NCBI GenBank assembly: GCA_018302985.1
Contig: JAGVZA010000015.1
Span: forward strand, 1,471-65,470
From: Candidatus Woesearchaeota archaeon
GTDB taxonomy: Archaea; Nanobdellota; Nanobdellia; SCGC-AAA011-G17; UBA489
Length of the DNA: 64,000 nucleotides
Direction of reading: 5' to 3'
In this document: piece after piece, positions 9,083 through 17,598 of the stretch
Numbering within the stretch: position 1 is the stretch's first letter
Layout of the letters: every line of letters begins with the position of its first letter
Notes under the pieces: model-generated
What the model saw: only the letters and a program-made list of their open reading frames with translations
Databases searched by the model: none
Told to the model about the DNA's origin: nothing
Made by a program: the position numbers and the translations under genes

Positions 9083-9427
9083 TTAGAATTCTTGGAACTC
9101 TTCCAATTGCTTTAAATAGCCATTTCTTTGCAACCAAGATACTTGCGTTTGTTTATACTTGAAAATAATGTCTCCTTTTTCATCGCCACCTAACTCCCAT
9201 GGTTCAACTAATAAGGTATCTCCTTCTTGGACCCAGATTTTTCTCTTTAAACGACCAGGAATACGACAAATACGTGTTTTTCCATCCATGCAACGAACAC
9301 GCATACGAGAAGCACCTAAACGCTGATCGAGAATACCTAAAGTTTCTTTATCCCTTGGTAAGCGAACACGCCTGATTTCTTCAGCGATTTGCTGTTGACG
9401 TTCTAATTCTACTTTCTTTCTAGACAT
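9083..9427 (-). CDS. eif1a: translation initiation factor aIF-1A
   Basis: S1/OB core [38 protein letters not shown]. 114 aa. Confidence 0.9.
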   Translation of the reverse strand: MSRKKVELERQQQIAEEIRRVRLPRDKETLGILDQRLGASRMRVRCMDGKTRICRIPGRLKRKIWVQEGDTLLVEPWELGGDEKGDIIFKYKQTQVSWLQRNGYLKQLEEFQEF

Positions 9428-9475
9428 GAGTATTTAGGCCAGCATATAACAATTTATAAAGGTGTCTATTAAAGC

Positions 9476-11788
9476 TTATTTAAGCAATGCAAACACGTAA
9501 TAAAGTATGATTAGAACTAACAAAATAATAGCACCATTCATTAGCAAAAGACTAAAAGTCATTGTTCTTCCACATTTTCCTTCTTCACATCTTTCACTTT
9601 TACACTCGTAAGCTTGCGAACAAGATTCTCCATTTTTCTTTAGAGGAACTAAAAGACCTGCTTTGTCACAATATAAAGTGCCGACAGTAGTACCAAATGG
9701 CAAACAGCTTTTCTTTCCTTTTTCCAAGGTTTGTAAGCAACCACTGCACTCTTGCACTTGCTCTTCTTCTGCGCTACAAATTTTAGGACAAGGACCGCCA
9801 CAATCTATACCTGCCTCTCCTTGATTTTTTAGATTATCTGTGCAAGTAGGACATGCGCTACAAGAGCCACCGCAATCAATACCAGTCTCGTCAACATCTT
9901 GTTTGCCGTTTGAACATTGCGTTTCTGTTGATTGTGCTACACTCGTTGTTACTTTTGCGCCTGTGCCAGCATCAATAACTACTTTTGCAAACACTTGTGA
10001 AAGCGGATAATCAACCAGGAGAGTATCTGCTTTATCCGTGCTTGATGTTAAATCTACTTTGATTCCATAATTGGAGATACCTATAACATGATTCTCGCTT
10101 GAGGTTACTGTAGTTACACCACCTAGAGTATTTGAGATCCCTATTCTTGTAGCTTGAGATGTTTGAATTGTAAATGTTAAAGTTTCTGCAGTTGTAGATT
10201 CTTCAAACTGAGTTCCATCTGTAGTCAAAGTAAGATCATAAGGTGCTGCAGGAGCATTAGTAGCACCTACATCGAGAACTCCTCCACCCTTCACAATAAT
10301 GTCCATTTGATCGCTTGCCACATCACTGTCTCCATTGAGATCAAAAGCCAAACGATTAGGTAATGCTTCTTCAATATAAAATCTAGCACTCATGGCGCCG
10401 ATGGACAAGGTTCCTTCGCCCATTGTTCCACCATTTGATGAATTGCTGTAAGTGATTGATCTTTGTGAACCTCCCACTTCAGTAAAAATAATAGTATTTG
10501 TTTCGTTGTTTAAAGAATCATAAGTTAACACATAGGTTTTTCCATTTTTGGTGTTAGCTGTAGTTAATACAAAATAATCATATCGGTCTATGTTAAAATC
10601 AGTTGCACTTGTCCCCTCAACAACGATAAGGTCTTTTGTGCTATCCCCAAACTTGAAGCTGTTCTTATTTGAGATGAAGGGGATATTAATCAACTTGTCT
10701 TCTGGTGCCGTAAATTCCAAGCGATATTCGTCATCTGTTGTGGAAGGCAATAATTTTATTCTTGTTAATGCAACATTTTCTAAACCAGCATATCTTATGT
10801 CCCAATCTGCAAGCAATGCTTGAGGCTGACTAAGGTATCTTTTAACTCCTTCTCCAGCTTTTATATAGAGTGTTCTTGGCACAGTGAGACGATATTTTAT
10901 GTTTGAAATTTTTAATACATCACCTACTAAAGACGCTGAAATTTTAATAAATGCATTATCTAACTTTACTTTATTCAGATTTACGTCACGTGTAAAAGCA
11001 TCGTCTTCATAATTTTCATCAATTAATTCTAAAACGCTAGCCCCTAAAAATAATTTTACTGCACTTCCCTGAGGATCATTACTATTGAGGATAACATCAC
11101 TTATTCCTATAGATACATCTGTTTCTATAACTTCCATATCTCCTTTTTGCAATTGTTGTGTTTCTTTTCCGTTAACTTTGAACTTTGCCTTTTTTGTCGC
11201 TGTCTCTATATTAGTTACTTCAATCTCATAGGTCTTATCACCTATGGTGTAGATTTTCTTCTCTTCTTGTCTTAAGAGATCAATAATTGCACCTTTTGCT
11301 AATGTCAGCTTTACCTTGTGATTATCAAGTGAAGAATCTATAAATGTGTATTCTTCATTTAAAATAGAAATCTTAGCGTCTTGGAGTCCATCGAGACGTG
11401 CATCAGTAGTTTTACTTTTTAAGCCTTCATCAAAACTAATATGCCATTCAAAAAATGCATCAGTTACTGCAGTTCCTGAGTTTATGAGTAAAAAATCTCC
11501 GACTTCATCAGTATCAGATGTCTTTGTAAATTGCACTACAGAAGTGTTAAGAGCTGTTGTTGTATCTCTAAATCTGATATATTGTACATATTTTGTTGTT
11601 CCTTCCTTAGTATTAGTAGTTCCTGACTTAACATCTCCAAGATGCACTGATGTGACTGCCTCTAGAACATTCCCCATTTCTTCATTAATACTCATTTTAT
11701 CTGTTGATCCTTTGAACTCAAAAGAACCAGCAGACACTATTGCAGCTACTAAGACTAACACAAAACTAGCTAGAATTGTTTTTTTCAT
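9476..11788 (-). CDS. secreted surface (S-layer-like) protein with C-terminal Cys-rich modules and TM anchor
   Basis: Signal peptide MKKTILASFVLVLVAAIVSAG, then a long Thr/Ser/Asn-rich beta-type region. Tandem ETGIDCGGSCSACP and EAGIDCGGPCPKIC modules (about 9554-9916). C-terminal TM helix. Confidence 0.6.
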   Translation of the reverse strand: MKKTILASFVLVLVAAIVSAGSFEFKGSTDKMSINEEMGNVLEAVTSVHLGDVKSGTTNTKEGTTKYVQYIRFRDTTTALNTSVVQFTKTSDTDEVGDFLLINSGTAVTDAFFEWHISFDEGLKSKTTDARLDGLQDAKISILNEEYTFIDSSLDNHKVKLTLAKGAIIDLLRQEEKKIYTIGDKTYEIEVTNIETATKKAKFKVNGKETQQLQKGDMEVIETDVSIGISDVILNSNDPQGSAVKLFLGASVLELIDENYEDDAFTRDVNLNKVKLDNAFIKISASLVGDVLKISNIKYRLTVPRTLYIKAGEGVKRYLSQPQALLADWDIRYAGLENVALTRIKLLPSTTDDEYRLEFTAPEDKLINIPFISNKNSFKFGDSTKDLIVVEGTSATDFNIDRYDYFVLTTANTKNGKTYVLTYDSLNNETNTIIFTEVGGSQRSITYSNSSNGGTMGEGTLSIGAMSARFYIEEALPNRLAFDLNGDSDVASDQMDIIVKGGGVLDVGATNAPAAPYDLTLTTDGTQFEESTTAETLTFTIQTSQATRIGISNTLGGVTTVTSSENHVIGISNYGIKVDLTSSTDKADTLLVDYPLSQVFAKVVIDAGTGAKVTTSVAQSTETQCSNGKQDVDETGIDCGGSCSACPTCTDNLKNQGEAGIDCGGPCPKICSAEEEQVQECSGCLQTLEKGKKSCLPFGTTVGTLYCDKAGLLVPLKKNGESCSQAYECKSERCEEGKCGRTMTFSLLLMNGAIILLVLIILYYVFALLK

Positions 11789-11835
11789 ACTACCTCTTTC
11801 TTCTATTGGCAGCTTCTAATTCTTTATATAATTTG

Positions 11836-12162
11836 CTATTTCAGGCGAAATAGTACTGTTCCACGGTATAAAATAACTCCTGTCTGACGATCTAATCTAT
11901 TTATTTGTCTTGAGATTGTAAGCTTTCCGTCAAAACGTTCATTTAACTTCTTTCCTAAAGAACGCGCAAATCTTTGTGAGGAGAGAAAGATGTCTATGCC
12001 TGTTTTGAGCTCTTCTGTTTTTGCTATAAATACATCTTTTCTTTTTCCCACTTCTTCCAAAATAAATTGCAGCACCTCTTGCTTATAAGGTCTAATCTGT
12101 ATAGTTGCTTCGTAATAACTATTGTGCATAGGCTTGCGCATGAGGGACTCCAGCAATAACAA
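11836..12162 (-). CDS. NMD3-related small protein (start probably internal, ATG 12129 or 12141)
   Basis: YYEATIQIRP...GIDIFLSSQRFARSLGKKL...GTVLFRL resembles the NMD3-family domain. The maximal ORF overlaps the upstream gene by 44 nt. Confidence 0.45.
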   Translation of the reverse strand: MLLLESLMRKPMHNSYYEATIQIRPYKQEVLQFILEEVGKRKDVFIAKTEELKTGIDIFLSSQRFARSLGKKLNERFDGKLTISRQINRLDRQTGVILYRGTVLFRLK

Positions 12163-12409
12163 TGATATTTTCTTTTGTAATTATTTCTACTTTTAAACCA
12201 AGAGCAACAGCTTCTTTACCAATTAAGTTTACATTGGGAATATCTCTCAATAGAGGAGTAATAGTGAGTGCAGTTCCTTTTTGACCTTTATAAAAGTGCT
12301 CAGAGATAGTTATACAATATTTTCCTTCCTCAAATGTTTTTCCAAGAATATTTTCATCACAAACAGCGAGTACATCACTGTGTTGTCCTTTATGCACTTT
12401 AAAGTACAT
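12119..12409 (-). CDS. DUF424-family protein
   Basis: MYFKVHKGQHSDVLAVCDENILGKTFEEG...VPHAQAY matches the small archaeal DUF424 pattern. Lies immediately downstream of aIF-2beta. Confidence 0.6.
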   Translation of the reverse strand: MYFKVHKGQHSDVLAVCDENILGKTFEEGKYCITISEHFYKGQKGTALTITPLLRDIPNVNLIGKEAVALGLKVEIITKENIIVIAGVPHAQAYAQ

Positions 12410-12410
12410 A

Positions 12411-12821
12411 TTAATTTCCTTTTACTGGTTGTTTTGCACCGCATGCAGTACATTTCATAAACATAAGACGATCTTCTTTTAATAATTGTGTATCTGGTTT
12501 TCCACATTCTTTACAAATAACAAAGTCCTTACAATATTGTGTTAATTTATTATTAATGAGCTGGGCTGATATCTTTCTTCCTAAAACTAATCTTGGCCCA
12601 TCAAGAGTTGCAGGTGTTGCTAGCTCACGTTGCAAGTATTTTAATAATTCTGCAGCATCTCTTCTAATGAGGGAACAAATCTGACTAAAATTAGTTAATA
12701 TTGTTTTTACTCCCTGAATATGACCTGTGACTTTCGGGATTTCAAATCGCTCAGTACTTGTTTTTAGCTCTGGTAGATGAGCTTTCGCTTTTTTTAATAA
12801 GTCATTATAGTTGAAGTCCAT
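12411..12821 (-). CDS. eif2b: translation initiation factor aIF-2 beta subunit
   Basis: C-terminal zinc ribbon CKECGKPDT...CTACGA plus the conserved central domain. 136 aa. Confidence 0.9.
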   Translation of the reverse strand: MDFNYNDLLKKAKAHLPELKTSTERFEIPKVTGHIQGVKTILTNFSQICSLIRRDAAELLKYLQRELATPATLDGPRLVLGRKISAQLINNKLTQYCKDFVICKECGKPDTQLLKEDRLMFMKCTACGAKQPVKGN

Positions 12822-12871
12822 AACTTCAGAACGACAGTTTAGCCTATTTAAATCTTATTACTAAATTCTCA

Positions 12872-13546
12872 CTAAATGATCTTTATAACGCCTGGGCGAG
12901 ACATATAGACTTCACCTTCTTTAATAAGCTCTTCAATAATTTTTTCAGCTGTTTCCTCTTCTAAGGCTGCAGATTGAATGAGCATATCAATATCCATGCC
13001 TAACTCACCTTGTTTTTCCAAGAGATTAAGTATTTTTTGTCTGATCCCTTCATTTCCTTGCAAAGGAGAAGTATTAGCAATGAGTTCTTCCCGAGTTTCA
13101 CGAGGAGTTATTTCCTGATGGGTTGTTGGTTGTTTTTTATCAATAATACCGCGTGATTGTGTTAATTCTATTTTTCTTATTTTCATCCAAGCTGGATTCT
13201 CTAATTTTTTTACAATTTCAGGAACTAAATAAATTTCATTTTGATATTGCTTTGGTCTGCCTATGACTAACAGAGAATCTCCAATTTTCAGGCCAGTTAC
13301 CAATCTCACATCTTCTTTAAAAGCACGAACGGCAATTTTTGCAGTTCCATCTTCCAAGGTGATAGTTGCATAGTCTTCAGTGCTATTGGTAAATACTTCA
13401 GTGATGGTCCCCACAATATTAACTCTTGCTGCTTTTATGCCTTTAATATCAAGGTAATTAGGTTGCCATTCACCTTCGTCACGAATGTAGTCAGCATCAA
13501 CTATTTCTGCAATCCAAAATTTGTATGCCGTTTGGCGACTTTGCAT
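12872..13546 (-). CDS. RPA32-like OB-fold ssDNA-binding protein with C-terminal winged helix
   Basis: OB core VNIVGTITEVF...ATITLEDGTAKIAVRAF...IGDSLLVIGRPKQYQNEIYL. C-terminal wH EELIKEGEVYMSRPGVIKI. Lies immediately downstream of mcm. Confidence 0.6.
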   Translation of the reverse strand: MQSRQTAYKFWIAEIVDADYIRDEGEWQPNYLDIKGIKAARVNIVGTITEVFTNSTEDYATITLEDGTAKIAVRAFKEDVRLVTGLKIGDSLLVIGRPKQYQNEIYLVPEIVKKLENPAWMKIRKIELTQSRGIIDKKQPTTHQEITPRETREELIANTSPLQGNEGIRQKILNLLEKQGELGMDIDMLIQSAALEEETAEKIIEELIKEGEVYMSRPGVIKII

Positions 13547-13548
13547 GG

Positions 13549-15564
13549 TTATAATTTTGAGATCCAGCCACGTTTTGGTTCATATATCTCACCCTCTTTT
13601 TTTAACTTCTCTAGGATCTCTTCCACTTGTGGTTCAGTTAGATTCTTTTCTGATGCTTCTGCGAAAATATCTTCAATAGGAATGGTTTTCTTGCCTCGAG
13701 CTTCTAATTCATGGATTATTTCTTTAATGACCAAAATCTTATTTCTTGTGGATGCTGGAACTCCTGTTGCTACTCTATCCATATCAAATTGTCCTGTTTC
13801 ATAATCGAATCCTACTTGCATCATGCAGAATTTGAGAATTTTAATAGCATTACGAGCATCTTTTTTAGTTACTTGATTGGATAAACGAACACGAGCAGAT
13901 CCTTCTGCCAAACGAATTAAAGCTTCTAACTGACGTGCTGAAATAGGAATAGGTTTAATGCCTCCGTCGCCTGTTATTGCTGAATTACGAAGACCCACAT
14001 AGAATTCTTTAATTTCTTCTACAGCTCCAGGAGATAATTTTGGGAATACATTTTGATGCACATATGCAATATATTTACGCATTAAATCCACTGGTACTTC
14101 AGGCTCTTTTACACCATCAATGTTCCCTTCAAGGATATGTGTCGCGATTTTTGTATCTTTTTCTTTATCAGGAATATCACGTACTGCGAAAATGAGATCA
14201 AACCTATTGATCAATGCTGGAGGTAAATTAATTTGAGAGGCAATAGGCTGGAAAGGATCAAAACGACCTAACTTTGGGTTTGCTGCAGCTAAGACTGTAG
14301 TACGAGCAGTTAATGTCGCTTGAATGTTCGCTTTACTAATAGTAACTTGTTGTTGTGCCATAGCTTCGTGCAACGCGGACGTGTCTTCCATAGACATTTT
14401 GTCCATTTCATCGAGGCAAAGAACACCGCCTGACGCTAAAACAATAGCTCCGGCTTCTAACGCCCAACCTCGCATAAATTCGTCTTTCACTACAGAAGCA
14501 GTAATACCTGCAGCAGATGCACCGCGACCTGCAACGTATCTAGCACGAGGAGCCATTTTTGAAATATAAGTAAGCAATGTAGATTTAGCTGCACCAGGAT
14601 CACCTACTAAGAGAATATGCATATCACCCCTAACTGCAGTGCCGTCTGATCGTTCTTTGCGAACTCCACCCATTAATTGCAGAACTAAAGCACCTTTAAT
14701 TTCTTCATGACCATAGACAGATGGAGCAATAGAGCTTACTAATTTTTGATACACGTTAGGATCATTGGCTAACTCTTTAATTCTTTGTTCATCTTCTGTA
14801 GTAATACTTATATCATCATAACTTTGTTCAACAGAATCGATGGAATTTGTTTCCAAAGCAAGATCATACCGAGTTAATTGTCCTCCAGATTTGGCAGTTA
14901 GGGGAACTTCCTTGAGAATACCTACAACACGCACTTTAGAACCTGGAGTTGTTTTTTTCTCCATTTTAGGTTCAACCAGATCTTCACGAACAAAAACAGA
15001 CAAGCGTTTTGGTTGTTCTCCGCCTTGCATGGATTCTGGTGATTCTTCAATAACTAAACGTTGCGCATCTACTAATATTTTTTCAGCAACACGAAAACGA
15101 CCGCGTGCACCGCAGGAGCATCGTTGTGGTTCTTTAAACTTACTTTCTAGTTGTGGCACTGTAATAAGGTTACCACAGGAACGACATTCAAATTTTGCAG
15201 AAATGACTTGTGGACGAACGTCTGACGCCTGACGAATGATGCCGTCGATCATAATCAGATTATCTAGGTGTGTACTTCTGATATCACGCACTTTTATTTT
15301 TTGGGATTCTGGTAAATTGATAAAACGAACACGAAATTCTTCTTTAGGAAGATCAAATTGCTGTAAAGCAACTTCTGCTGCCTTGATAGTCTCTTCTGGC
15401 TCAGTTATGAGCTGTTCTGCTAGTTCAGGATCATGTTTTGCTAATTCTGGGAATTCTACCTGAATAGAGCGCTTGCCACTGCTCACTAGTTCATGGATTT
15501 TTTTCAGATATGCGGCTTCTAAAAATTCCTGAAACCTTTGAATTTGCTCTCTAGCATCGACCAA
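13549..15564 (-). CDS. mcm: MCM replicative helicase
   Basis: Zn motif CRSCGN...CSCG. Walker A GDPGAAKS, Walker B CLDEMDKM, arginine finger NRFDLIF. C-terminal wH. TTG start. Confidence 0.95.
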   Translation of the reverse strand: MVDAREQIQRFQEFLEAAYLKKIHELVSSGKRSIQVEFPELAKHDPELAEQLITEPEETIKAAEVALQQFDLPKEEFRVRFINLPESQKIKVRDIRSTHLDNLIMIDGIIRQASDVRPQVISAKFECRSCGNLITVPQLESKFKEPQRCSCGARGRFRVAEKILVDAQRLVIEESPESMQGGEQPKRLSVFVREDLVEPKMEKKTTPGSKVRVVGILKEVPLTAKSGGQLTRYDLALETNSIDSVEQSYDDISITTEDEQRIKELANDPNVYQKLVSSIAPSVYGHEEIKGALVLQLMGGVRKERSDGTAVRGDMHILLVGDPGAAKSTLLTYISKMAPRARYVAGRGASAAGITASVVKDEFMRGWALEAGAIVLASGGVLCLDEMDKMSMEDTSALHEAMAQQQVTISKANIQATLTARTTVLAAANPKLGRFDPFQPIASQINLPPALINRFDLIFAVRDIPDKEKDTKIATHILEGNIDGVKEPEVPVDLMRKYIAYVHQNVFPKLSPGAVEEIKEFYVGLRNSAITGDGGIKPIPISARQLEALIRLAEGSARVRLSNQVTKKDARNAIKILKFCMMQVGFDYETGQFDMDRVATGVPASTRNKILVIKEIIHELEARGKKTIPIEDIFAEASEKNLTEPQVEEILEKLKKEGEIYEPKRGWISKL

Positions 15565-15630
15565 TTTTTCAACCCCCGCTTCCGGAAATGGTGAGGAAGT
15601 ATAAAAAGGTTCCTAGGGTGTTTGAGAAGT

Positions 15631-16185
15631 TTACTTTTTATTGACTTTCAATAAAGTAGTAATCAATAAGTCTACAGATTCACGCAATTTTGCTTCAGAA
15701 CGTGTTCCTGTACAAACGATTTTCCCATTACTGAACAATAAGAACGTTGCTCTTGTCCCAGGCAACTTATACACTAGACCAGGAAATTGTTCTGGCTCAT
15801 ATTCAGTGTTTTCTAATTCCATGGCAAGCATATTCAAATTTAAATCCATACCGATGGAGCCTGAAGCAACCATGTTTTGTACTGTAACTTTTGGGACAAC
15901 TGTGATTTTGATCTTGATTTTTTCTATATTTTGGATGATTTTTTTAACAGCTTCTTTTACTTTAGCCATAGATTTTGCGCCTGTACAGACAATTTTTCCA
16001 GAACTAAAGATTAATGCTGATGTTTTTGGTTCTTTAATACGCATTACTAAACCAGGAAACTGCTCAGGGTTATACTCTGTATTTGGCAAAGCTTCAGCAA
16101 GCTTGATTAAAGGAATATCTTTTTCTAAAGAAGCAGATGCAACAATATTTTGGATTTTAATTTCTTTCTTTGGTCTTCTTGGCAT
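15631..16185 (-). CDS. tbp: TATA-box binding protein
   Basis: Two direct TBP repeats: QNIVASASL...FPGLVMR...SGKIVCTGAKS and QNMVASGSI...FPGLVYK...NGKIVCTGTRS. Confidence 0.95.
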   Translation of the reverse strand: MPRRPKKEIKIQNIVASASLEKDIPLIKLAEALPNTEYNPEQFPGLVMRIKEPKTSALIFSSGKIVCTGAKSMAKVKEAVKKIIQNIEKIKIKITVVPKVTVQNMVASGSIGMDLNLNMLAMELENTEYEPEQFPGLVYKLPGTRATFLLFSNGKIVCTGTRSEAKLRESVDLLITTLLKVNKK

Positions 16186-16235
16186 ATAAATCCCCCCATA
16201 TAGCTCAAATGCCTATTTTTGGAAGGTTATTTGGG

Positions 16236-16255
16236 TTTATAAAGGTATTTATAAA
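16236..16255 (-). promoter_or_regulatory. tandem TATA boxes upstream of tbp
   Basis: Two copies of the palindromic TTTATAAA lie 50-70 nt upstream of the tbp ATG. A GGGGGG Shine-Dalgarno-like run sits 7 nt before the ATG. Confidence 0.45.
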
Positions 16256-16578
16256 GGATTTAAGAAGACTTGCTGTTTTTGAAGTTTATAGCATAATAAA
16301 CAAGATTAGCACTGTTAGAACAGTCATTACACTATAGACTAAAAAAAGTTCCTTTTTTCTTGTTTGTTTTGTTTCCACTTTGAGTACCTTCCTAAACTAG
16401 AATAAAATGTGGAGGGAGTATGCATATGCATACCCCTACTCCATGGGTTTAGGTTGAGTTAAAATTACTAAGACGGTCCTTTATATATAACTTGAGAGGA
16501 CTTTTATTTCTTTTTTTCTTACCATTTTAGTCCTTTTTCTAAAAAGATCATAAAATAAGGCCCAATTTACTAAAGAAG

Positions 16579-17598
16579 TTAATTTTCTTTGTCTAAAAAC
16601 CAATTTGTTAGCTTAATCTTTTTTAATTTACCCATCGTTTCAATACTAATTATTTTTTTATTTTGCAGACTAATAAAGATACGAACCAAAGTAGTCTTAG
16701 GAATACCTGATTCATAGCGTATTTTTGCCTGTGTGGATGTGTGCTGATGGTTTAACAAAAACATAACTACTTTTTTTTCTTTTTCATTGAGTGTGTTTAG
16801 GATATCTTGTGTTCGCTTACTAATTTTTTCTTCGGATTGTTGTTCTTCTTGTTTCTTTTCTTGACTTAGAGGCATATGTACAATTTTTGGTCTCTTTTGC
16901 CAATACTTCCAGCCGAACCAGCCTGCTCCTCCTAAGAGGACAATGATAACTATACTCCAAAAGATTATCCAACCATTTCCACCCTCGGAAATCACTGCAC
17001 GATTCAATCGAATTTCTAAAGTATGTGAAACACCTTTCTCAACAGTTACTTTGCCTGAACCAACGGCACGATTAGCAGTAGCAGTAATAACACATTCACC
17101 AAGAGGAGCATAAGCCAAAGAAAATGAACCTACACGATCAGTCTCTTCTGGAAATTTTTCACCATACTCTTTACTACATTCGACTTTCAAGAGTGCTTCA
17201 CTCACTAAATTGTTTAAAGTATCATACACAACACCTTTTACAGAACCTACGGAGAATGCAATAATTTCCTGATCTAGAGATTTATCTAATGCTATTTCTT
17301 GCTCTGCGTAATAATCTTTACCCGGTGTTTTTAAGTCGTCTATCTGAAACTTAAGCAGATAGTTTCCTTGTTCAAGACGCAGAGTAATTGGGTTGCTTCG
17401 AATGAATGAAGAGATAACTCTTTCCTCCTTCGACTCTTTCTCTACAACAATAATGTTTACTAAAACGTCTTTAATCTCTTTATTTCCTTCTGCTTGTTTG
17501 AGTGTTAATTTGATGGTTTGCTCTTCTGCCTGTACTAGCATAGACATAGCTAGAGTAACTAACATTAGCAACCATATTTGTTTTTTCAGGCTTAACAT
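16579..17598 (-). CDS. membrane-tethered winged-helix protein with extracytoplasmic beta-sandwich (CarboxypepD_reg-like) domains
   Basis: Signal peptide, two regions resembling carboxypeptidase-regulatory-like folds, then a TM (WIIFWSIVIIVLLGGAGWFGW). C-terminal wHTH reads KVVMFLLNHQHTSTQAKIRYESGIPKTTLVRIFISLQNKKII. Confidence 0.55.
   Translation of the reverse strand: MLSLKKQIWLLMLVTLAMSMLVQAEEQTIKLTLKQAEGNKEIKDVLVNIIVVEKESKEERVISSFIRSNPITLRLEQGNYLLKFQIDDLKTPGKDYYAEQEIALDKSLDQEIIAFSVGSVKGVVYDTLNNLVSEALLKVECSKEYGEKFPEETDRVGSFSLAYAPLGECVITATANRAVGSGKVTVEKGVSHTLEIRLNRAVISEGGNGWIIFWSIVIIVLLGGAGWFGWKYWQKRPKIVHMPLSQEKKQEEQQSEEKISKRTQDILNTLNEKEKKVVMFLLNHQHTSTQAKIRYESGIPKTTLVRIFISLQNKKIISIETMGKLKKIKLTNWFLDKEN

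Noticed and set aside
12310-12507. 65-aa minus-strand ORF straddling the aIF-2beta/DUF424 junction
   Set aside because: It is out of frame with two well-supported genes and rich in Cys/Lys/Arg from frame-shifted coding sequence. It was treated as spurious.
15641-16189. 182-aa plus-strand ORF covering the whole tbp locus
   Set aside because: It is antisense to an unambiguous TBP gene, has low-complexity hydrophobic content, and has no start context. It is a mirror ORF.
16186-16578. Replication origin next to the replication-gene cluster
   Set aside because: There is no cdc6/orc1 gene nearby and no repeated ORB-like elements. The only G-run is positioned as the tbp Shine-Dalgarno. The evidence is insufficient.
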